DNA of 32,025 bases, from NCBI GenBank assembly GCA_001275005.1, contig JWZX01003049.1, positions 1 through 32,025 on the forward strand, in the 5' to 3' direction. Below, piece by piece: positions 1 to 7,449 of the stretch. Position 1 is the stretch's first letter. Every line of letters begins with the position of its first letter. The stretch is from Chrysochromulina tobinii. Lineage: Eukaryota. Both the position numbers and the translations under genes were made by a program. The notes below the pieces were generated by a model that was given only the letters and a program-made list of their open reading frames with translations, did no database searches and was not told where the DNA came from.

Positions 1-286
1 GTTTACGCGAGCGGTAGTACGTATACACAGCGGGTGCGTATACGTACCCCCTCGCGTATACACAGGTTTCTGCGTATACGCACCCCCGTCCGCGTAAACA
101 CAGGAAACGACAAACCGTAATGAATCGTACGGCTGCGAGGCGTGGATGCCGGGTACGTCCGTGCCGTACGCTACTTTGCAGTCGCCACACTATTTCTGAC
201 CATGACCTCTCCAAAGGCCAGCTACAGTCCCGACTCGCTAGCACGACAAACGCACGGAAAGCTGCACTGACGCCTTGAGCATTTCC

Positions 287-1333
287 TCAGCCAGCCAACG
301 CTTTCGCAGCTCCGGCCTGGAGGCCAGGGAAGTGGCGTGCCTCGGCCTCCGGGTCGTAACGTATACTCGCAGTGTCCTCTGTGTGCATCCAGACCGTTAG
401 GGCCCAGCGGTGGGTCGCCTCGTCGCCCGACGTGGCGAAGGATGGACAGACAGCGTGCACCATCGAGTCCGACCAAAACGCGAGCAGCCGGCCGCCCACG
501 GGCGCGATGTCGACGAAGCGGTGGCCGTCGGCATCGGCACCGGCGCTGACTGTGCCATCTGGCGCGCCGGCTGGTGGGCCCCCGTCCCCATCCACAAACA
601 TGCGAAAGCAGCCACCATCCTCCAAAGAATACTGTGGCGTTTGCAGGTAGACGATCACGGTGAGCTTGCGATCGTCGCGACCAGAGTTGTCGTAGTGCTT
701 CTGGTAATGGCTCCCCTCCCCCAAGCATACAGCGAGCTTGTTCGTATGGACCCTCGCGGACAACGCGGCCTCGGGAAAGCGCTCGTTGATCAAGGCGGGA
801 AGGCTCGAGACCAGTGCGACGCAGTATTCTGTCAAGCGAGGCGCAAGCTCGTACTCCGTGCCGCCGACAAGGTTGTAAGACATGACGTTGACCTTCTTGT
901 ATGTGACCACCTGCGCAGACTCCCCGTCCCAACGCGTGGACTCGGACGCATACATTTTGTTGCCGTGCAGCAGCGAGACGCACTCGGACCGCAAGATCGA
1001 AACCGTCTCGGCGGGCAAGAAGTTGTCGACCAGCGCAAAGCCACGCTGGGCAAGCCCATCTGCAACTGCCGCGGCGTGATGCCTGGCAGCTGCCTGGACC
1101 AGCTGCAGGTGCCTCGCACGCTGCTGCTCGTTGGATTCATTTGGAGAGGCGTGACGCTCTATCCTCGGGGATCGCGGTTCCATCTTCCGCTTCTTTGGTG
1201 GACTAGGACCACGCATGAGGATGCAGCCTGACCCAGCATGTGGACTTGCAACACGGAAGGAGGGATGCAACGAAACAAAGCCGTGCGCGACTGCGGCAAA
1301 GAGGAGCACCATCGGCAGCAGGTTACGTGACAT
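287..1333 (-). CDS. 2OG-Fe(II) oxygenase, prolyl 4-hydroxylase (EGLN/PHD-like), with N-terminal signal peptide
   Basis: ORF 287..1504; likely start MSRNLL at 1333. Motifs: GFALVDNFL, Y-x-x-HYDN (HxD), DDRKLTVIVYL, GGCFRMF, DIAPVGGRLLAFWSD-x-MVHAV (distal His), RWALTVW (2OG-binding Arg). Confidence 0.88.
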   Translation of the reverse strand: MSRNLLPMVLLFAAVAHGFVSLHPSFRVASPHAGSGCILMRGPSPPKKRKMEPRSPRIERHASPNESNEQQRARHLQLVQAAARHHAAAVADGLAQRGFALVDNFLPAETVSILRSECVSLLHGNKMYASESTRWDGESAQVVTYKKVNVMSYNLVGGTEYELAPRLTEYCVALVSSLPALINERFPEAALSARVHTNKLAVCLGEGSHYQKHYDNSGRDDRKLTVIVYLQTPQYSLEDGGCFRMFVDGDGGPPAGAPDGTVSAGADADGHRFVDIAPVGGRLLAFWSDSMVHAVCPSFATSGDEATHRWALTVWMHTEDTASIRYDPEAEARHFPGLQAGAAKALAG

Positions 1334-1534
1334 TCGCCGCCGCCAGCCCGCTCCAGCGTGACCCTGTGCAGTTCTAAACCATGGCGCGGAGCCACTCCGC
1401 GGAATTCTGGATCGGGTTGTGAATTCTCGAAATAGCTGTGTGAAGACTTTACTGTAACCATTGGCTGTGAATACCTGTACATGTGCGGAAGACCTCTCGC
1501 TCAACCCTCGATCGCACGTTCACGGGATCATCGA

Positions 1535-4500
1535 TCATGGAGCATGCACATCGCTCGGCTTCCGGCCCTTGCTCTCCGTCGTCGCCACCGTGCCCTCCTC
1601 ATTGCTTTCTCGCGCCTCGCGCAGCTGATCGCGCAGCCTCACGCGCTCCCAGTCGTTGGTCGATAGGATGGTCGACCCGTCCCCACTCCGCATGTGGTAC
1701 AGCCCACGGACGACTTCGTCAGCCTCGACGAGCCGCTTGATCTCGAGGCGCACGCAGCGGGAGAGGCTCACCTGCTCGCGCTTGAGCTCCTCCACGCGTG
1801 AGCGACTGTACAGCAGGCGCGCGAGCATGGGGCGCAGGTCTCGTAGGGCGATCATGCCCGACTCGACCGAGATGACTCCTATGTACCTGATGAGGGAGTC
1901 AATCAGGTGTCATCAGAGGTCGTCAATCTACTGTCGTAGGTCACGAAGAGGTCATCAAAAGGTCATCAAGAGCCCCTCATGGTTCATCCGTGGCTATAAT
2001 GTACGAGGCGAGAGGCGCGATCATGAGCAGCGTGATCACGTCGTGCGCCGACATCGAGGTGCACGCCAGCAGGAGCGCTGCATAAGAGAGCCAAACCTGA
2101 GGGACGGAGGCAATTAGATGTGTCATCAGAGGTCATCAAGAGGCACTCATGGTTCATCCGCCTAGGAGCACCATACAAGGGGCACCGCGACCTGATGAGG
2201 GAGGCAATCAGAGGCCATCAGAGGCCATCAGAGTCAATCAGAGGAGCGCCATACAAGGGGCACCGCGACCACCGCAAACTTGAGCTTCTCGGAGAGGAGC
2301 ACGTCGTGCCCCGTCCGTTTGACCGTTGAGGAGGCCAGAGCCACCCGCTGCCGCCATCTGGAGCACGCGAGGGCGGCGAGACGGATGCACTCAGAGGCAC
2401 TCAGAGGCACTCAGAGCCTATCAGAGCCAATCAGAGCCAATCAGAGCCACTCGGAACCAATCAGAGCCAATCAGAGTTCATCAGAGCCAATCAGAGCCCA
2501 TCAGAGCCAATCAGAGCCAATCAGAGCCCATCAGAGCCCATCAGAGCTCTTCAGAGCCAATCAGAGCCCATCAGAGCCCATAACAGTTCATCAGAGCCAA
2601 TCTCACTTTGACCACGCGAGGGCGGCGAGGCCCACGGGCGCGTTGAGGATGATCGAGGGCACCGACGCGATCATGAGCATCACGAACATGTGTCCTATGG
2701 TGAAGAGCGTCGCACCCACCGGAGCACGCTCGAGCGTTGGCACCTGCGAGTCACGCAGCCCGAGCCGCCGCAGCTCCTGGTCGTACCTGAGGAGGGAGGC
2801 AATTAGGTGTCATCAGAGGTCATTAAGAGGCAATCAGCTCCTGGTCGTACCGGCGCAGCCTTTGCATGAGCTCGGCCAGCTCGCGCTGACGAAGCAGCGC
2901 CTTGAGCTCGCGCAGCTCGGTCGCCACGTCACTCGCCTCGCTCGAGCCGCCGTCGCCCACGGCGGCGGCAGCGACGCCGTGGGCAGCCGGAGCGCCGCCG
3001 CTGTTGCCGCCGTTGCCGCCGCCGTTGCCGCCGCCGTTGCCGCCGTTGCCGCCGCCGTTGCCGCCGCCGTTGCCGCCGTTGCCGCCGCCGTTGCCGCCGT
3101 CGAGTTGTCGGAGGAGTCGTCGGATGCCGAAGGCAAAGCGGCGGTCAAGGTCCTGGCGCACGGCCGATTCAAGCTTGCCCGACATGCCCGGACCGCACCA
3201 GAGCCGGCGTACCACGTGGACCAGCTGCAGCTCCTCAAAGGACGAGACGGGCACGATCACGTCCCGCATGGCTCGCTCGATGCGGGCGAGCAGCGCCGTG
3301 CATGCGCGCTGCCGACGCTCGCCACCATGCGCGTGCTCCGCCTTCTCGGCCTTGGAGGCCAGGATGGGCGGCCCCACATGCACAGTCACCTTGGCGGAAC
3401 GGAACACATGCCCGCGGAAGTAGGACAGCCCGACGGGTACGATGGGCACCTGAAGCTGCGCACTGAGGGCGAGGAGCGCCACGCCCGGCTTGAGCTCCAG
3501 CAGGTCGGTGCGGTCGTGCGAGCCGCCCTCTGGGAAGATGCCTAGGCACGCGCCCCTGTCGAGCGCCTTGACCACGTCGGGAAACACCTTGTCATAGTCG
3601 CCACGGGGCAGCACGCGGTATGCGCCGCTTGCGGGCAGCGTCCAGCCAGCGTCGCCGCACGCGTGTTCATGGCGTGTGCCCAAGGCACCGTGTTGCTCAA
3701 CAAGACGCTCATATGGAGGCAAGACGGGCGAAGATGTAGGCAAACTGGCCAAGGGCGCCGGAGGCAAGACGGGCGACGCGGTTGGCGAGCTGGCGCAGGG
3801 TGGCTGCGCGAGGCGCACAAAGCATACTGCGTTGCTCTCGATCGCCGTCACGCGCCAGACCCAAGTGAGCGTCGGCCTGCGCCCGTCGACGAAACTCAGC
3901 TTGTCCCCACACCCAAGCTCCGTGCAGAAGCGGCAAGCCTCGCTGCCAACGAGCCGATAGAGATCCGCACGTGGCTCCTCGGGCTGCCCGTCAGCGGCGG
4001 CATCGCCGCCTGTGGTGCGGCCGCCCTCAGTGGGCTCGGTGGTCTCGCGCGAGGTGGCGGCGGCGGGCTCGGCGCGCAGCTGCAGCAAGGCGCCCGAACC
4101 TGCGAAGGCAACATCTTGCGGGCGCGTGACCGGCACAGCCGCCATCGCTCGCGCAAAAAAGCCGATGATCGGGTGTGTGTACGACTTGCGTGCGATGAGG
4201 AAGCTGATGCGCCGCTGCGGGCACGCACACATGACGCACATGCCGTCGATGAACTGGTTGAAATGATTGGCGACCAGGATGGCTGGCCCGTGCTGCGGGA
4301 TGTTCTCCATGCCGATGACATCGATGCGGCTGATGAAGATGGAGAGCATCGAGTTGAAGAACACACGGCCGGAGTAGAAGACGAGGCTCTGGAGGTCTTG
4401 TAGCACGGCCAACACGAGAAAACAAACAAAGGCCCATCCGAATGCCACGCGGCCCCACTCGGCCAAGCCCGCAAGCGTGCACAAGCGCTTCACCGGGTTG

Positions 4501-4778
4501 AGCGTGTCGAACGAGAGCATGATGAGCACGACGAGGATGAAGAGGTGCATCGTAGTACTCGTCGTTGAGCCGAGCACCTGGCTGCTTGGACGAGGGCGCG
4601 GAAAGGTGAGCTCGTCCTCCTCCTCCTCCTCTGGAACTTTCGGCTCAGCCATTCCAGGCACCTCCACCGGCTCCGGAATATTCGGCTCAGCCGTTCCAGG
4701 CACCTCCACTGGCGGCAGGCTTAACGAAGGTTTGTGCGGTGGCTTTGGCTCGCTCCTTGGCGGGCCAGCCCAGTCCAT
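1535..4778 (-). CDS. Glycerol-3-phosphate/DHAP O-acyltransferase, fungal Gpt2/Sct1 type; exons 4778-2851, 2786-2607, 2357-2270, 2191-2177, 2096-2005, 1886-1535 (884 aa)
   Basis: PlsC motifs ANHFNQFIDG (HX5D), VTRPQD, GIFPEGGSHD, IVPVGLSY. Removing five GT-AG introns gives one frame: ...RRYDQELRRLGLRDSQV...LNAPVGLAALAWSKWRQRVALASS...HDVLLSEKLKFAVVAVPLVWLSY...SYIGVISVESGMIALRDLRP. Exon lengths sum to 2655 nt. Confidence 0.9.
1887..2004 (-). mobile_element. Introner-like intron A (118 nt) in acyltransferase
   Basis: Sense: GTACAT...TGATGACC-type repeats...TGATTGACTCCCTCATCAG; next exon also begins GTACAT; removal restores frame (A-S-Y-I-G). Confidence 0.8.
2097..2176 (-). mobile_element. Introner-like intron B (80 nt)
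   Basis: Sense: GTATGG...TAATTGCCTCCGTCCCTCAG; next exon begins GTTTGG; removal gives P-L-V-W-L-S-Y and removes an in-frame TAG. Confidence 0.8.
2192..2269 (-). mobile_element. Introner-like intron C (78 nt) with 29-nt target duplication
   Basis: Direct repeat 2164-2192 / 2242-2270 (1 mismatch); CTGATTGACT/CTGATGGCCT units; ends TGATTGCCTCCCTCATCAG. Confidence 0.8.
2358..2606 (-). mobile_element. Intron D (249 nt): about 22 copies of a 10-nt repeat (sense TGATTGGCTC-like); acceptor region duplicated from the upstream exon
   Basis: Donor AA|GTGAGA, acceptor CTCCAG|ATGG; 17-nt direct repeat 2364-2380 / 2613-2629, offset 249 = intron length; (tcagagccaa)n array at about 2388-2600. Confidence 0.85.
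2787..2850 (-). mobile_element. Introner-like intron E (64 nt) with 17-nt perfect target duplication
   Basis: cagctcctggtcgtacc at 2771-2787 and 2835-2851; sense ends TAATTGCCTCCCTCCTCAG; the unspliced ORF stops inside it (TAA 2823-2825). Confidence 0.88.
2995..3099 (-). repeat. Coding minisatellite encoding a Gly/Asn tract (GGN/GGGN)n
   Basis: Alternating gccgccgtt and gccgccgccgtt units, in frame in the acyltransferase. Confidence 0.9.
4639..4709 (-). repeat. 42-nt-period coding duplication (PVEVPGxAEP x2)
   Basis: ttcggctcagcc[a/g]ttccaggcacctccac at 4639 and 4681. Confidence 0.85.
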
Positions 4779-5008
4779 CGACGACGGCGTCCACGAGCTT
4801 CGAGACGCTCACTCCAGGGCTGTGTGTGAATGCACACCTGAATTCAACGAAACTTGGACCCGAAAAAAGTGACAAGTCTTTTTAGAAGTTGCGCCAATTC
4901 ATCTCCGCGCCATTCCGAGCGAAGTGCATGCATGCAAGGAGTGAACCGTCAGTTTCGCAAAACCCTTGTCAAATCGTCTGCACGATCACGCTTGTGTACG
5001 TTTGCACG

Positions 5009-7318
5009 ATGCTCATGACAGACTACCAGCAGCCCACGGGCAGGCTCAACCTAAGATTCGCGGACAAGGTCGCCGACGGCCACCACCAATGGCGCAGCCA
5101 GTCGCAGCCAAATGTTCACCTCAAGGAGCGCTGTGGGGGCGGCGACCTGAACAGCCGAAGTGGCTGCGGCATGTGGAAGCCCAAGGGCGCGCCGTGCCCG
5201 CATTGCCAGCGTACCGCCAAGCAGTTCGGCCTCATTGACACGCAGCAGTCGACGCTGACGCCTATGGCAAAGCTGAGCGCAAGGCTCGGCAAACCCGTCC
5301 ACCTCACGATGCCGAGTGGAGCGCTCATGAAGAGCTCCTCGGTGTTCGCGCTGAGGACGACTGAGGAGCTTCTCAGCGGACGCCGGTACGACAGCACCAC
5401 GGCGCACCTGAGCCACGAGGAGCCGCCGACGCGACGCCCCTCGTCGGCCCAGTCGCTCGCGCCCGGCGGCAACAGTACAGGCCGCCGAAGCCCAGCCGAA
5501 GCTTCAGCGGTGTCGATCTCACCATCGTCTCGATCCGCGCCGATCTTCGAGGACGAGGCGAAGGAGATGAAGACCCTCGCCACCGCCTTGCGAGAGGCGG
5601 CCATGTGTCGCACGGAGTGTGCGCACGCCCTCGACCACCTCGCCTCCGACTTTGAGCGCGAGTTCCGCCCGGGCATTCCATCGCGCCCCGCAGCGAGCTC
5701 TCTCGTCGTCAAGAGTAGCACGATCGCCTCGCGCCTGTCGACGGCGTGCTTCAGCCTCGAGGCGGCCGCGGCGACGTGCCTGCAGATCTCGCGCATCGGC
5801 GCCATCGAGCGCGAGTCGATGATCGACGCGCTGCAGGACGACGCCATCCAATTCGATCATAGGATCGACGAGGCGAAGGCGGCGATGCGTCGCGTCGAGA
5901 TGAGCAAGCTGGACGAGCGCGCGGTGTACGACAAGCAGGCGCGCGCCACGGCGCACGCGATGGCCATCGAGCTCGCGCGCGCAGAGCACAAGATTGACAC
6001 ACTGCGCGCCGAGCTGAGCGCAAGCCGGATCCTCATGGGCAGCGCGCTCGAAGAGGAGCGCGCCAAGGTGGTCGCGCATCTGCGCGCGCAAGCGATCAAG
6101 AGGATGCTCAAGATCGAGCTGGCGCGTAGTTGGACGTCGTGGATGGACACGTACAAGCGAGGCCGGAGGCTCAAACGGCGTGCGCTGCTGCGATTTCGTC
6201 AGGGCGAGCTCAACAAGGCACTGAGCACCTGGGCTCAGGTACGTCCGCCCCCCTTTAGCCCTATACCGCCCCCCGAGAGCCCCCCGATGAGCCCTGAGGA
6301 CCTCGTTGATGACCCTTGATGACACCATCGGTGCCCCTCCGCACGGCCCAGGTACACCCCCCGATGAGCCGCATACGGCGCGCGATCGAGCCATACAAGC
6401 AGCAGATCGCCGACCTGGAGCGCGACCTACGCAAGGAGAAGGCTGCGCATGAGATGACGCGCACGATGCTCGAGGCGCGCGCGTTGACCACGGAGGAGGA
6501 GATGCATCGGCGGCGTGAGGCTGAGAAGCACCATCGCATGCAGCACCTGCTGCAGGTAGCGGTGCGCCGGACGCTCAAGATGGACCTCGCTCGCGGTTGG
6601 ACTCAGTGGCACGACGTGACCAAGCATACCAAGATCAATCGCATGCGCGCGCTCGCCCGCTTCCGCTCGCAGGGGCTGTTCAAGGCGCTGCGCACGTGGC
6701 GCCTCGTGTGCCCGCCGCGACACCTGACGCCCGAGAGCCTGATCATCTGCCAGGAGGCGCTCGAGCGCGAGCGCGCTGCGCACGCCAAGTGCCGCGCGCA
6801 GCTGGTCAAGCTGCGCGAAAAGTGGGAGACGAAGTTCGAAAAGTATCGCGAGGCCGTGCAGACGGCGGCGACGCTCCAGTCTGTGGTGCGTGAGCTGCAG
6901 GCGGTGCTCAAGGAGGCCCTCGACGCCTCCTCGTGGTCTTCCTGCCGGATGGTCCTCTACCACGAGCACCTGCGCTACGTCCCCTCGGCCGCGACGCATG
7001 GGCGCGGCGGCAGGTGGCGTGCAGGCCTCGCGCGCAAGAAAAGGGCGAGATTGATTACGAGATTGATTGCATGCTGTTTGCATGCTGTTTGCATGCTGAT
7101 TGCATGCTGATGGCCTCCTCATCAGGTGGCGTGCAGCCTCGCGCAAGAAGGGCGAGATAGACTCGCGCCTCTCCAACGGCTGGTCCGTCGGGCGCCTCGT
7201 CGACGGCTCCCATCTCGAAAAGGTGCTCACGTGGCCAAGCTCCTTGCGCGACACGCCGTTCGTGCGGAGCGAAGACCTGGTGCCATTCCCCCTGGAGCAC
7301 GAGCGCGCGATGGAGTGA
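5009..7318 (+). CDS. Coiled-coil protein with Trp-containing Sfi1-like repeats; exons 5009-6238, 6352-7013, 7126-7318
   Basis: ORFs 4889, 6316 and 7100 join in frame through GT-AG introns. Duplicated module AIKRMLKIELARSWTSW...LNKALSTW / AVRRTLKMDLARGWTQW...LFKALRTW. Start codon uncertain. Confidence 0.65.
6239..6351 (+). other. Intron F (113 nt), probably an eroded member of the duplication-intron family
   Basis: CAG|GTACGT...CCCAG|GTACAC; ccccccgatgagcc occurs in the intron (6280-6293) and next exon (6357-6370); degenerate TGATGACC units. Confidence 0.75.
7014..7125 (+). mobile_element. Introner-like intron G (112 nt) with stuttered 33/38-nt duplication
   Basis: Intron 7014-7051 copies exon 7126-7158 with +G, +CG, +AA; (ttgcatgctg)-type repeats; ends TGATGGCCTCCTCATCAG. 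Confidence 0.88.
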
Positions 7319-7449
7319 GTGAATAAGCGCGTGAATATTGTTTGAGATTGCGTATGTGTTTGTTTGCGGTGGGAGTTGGTACGAACTACATCCACAGTCA
7401 TTGGCTCTGCATCAGCAGCACGCCAGCCGTGGCATCAGCAGACCCTAAG

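Noticed and set aside
2388..2600. Regular repeat array as a CRISPR array or telomere
   Set aside because: 10-nt tandem units without unique spacers, inside a spliceosomal intron; no cas genes; not a TTAGGG-type repeat.
2280..3545. 421-aa plus-strand ORF
   Set aside because: Antisense shadow of the acyltransferase running through intronic repeats; low-complexity translation.
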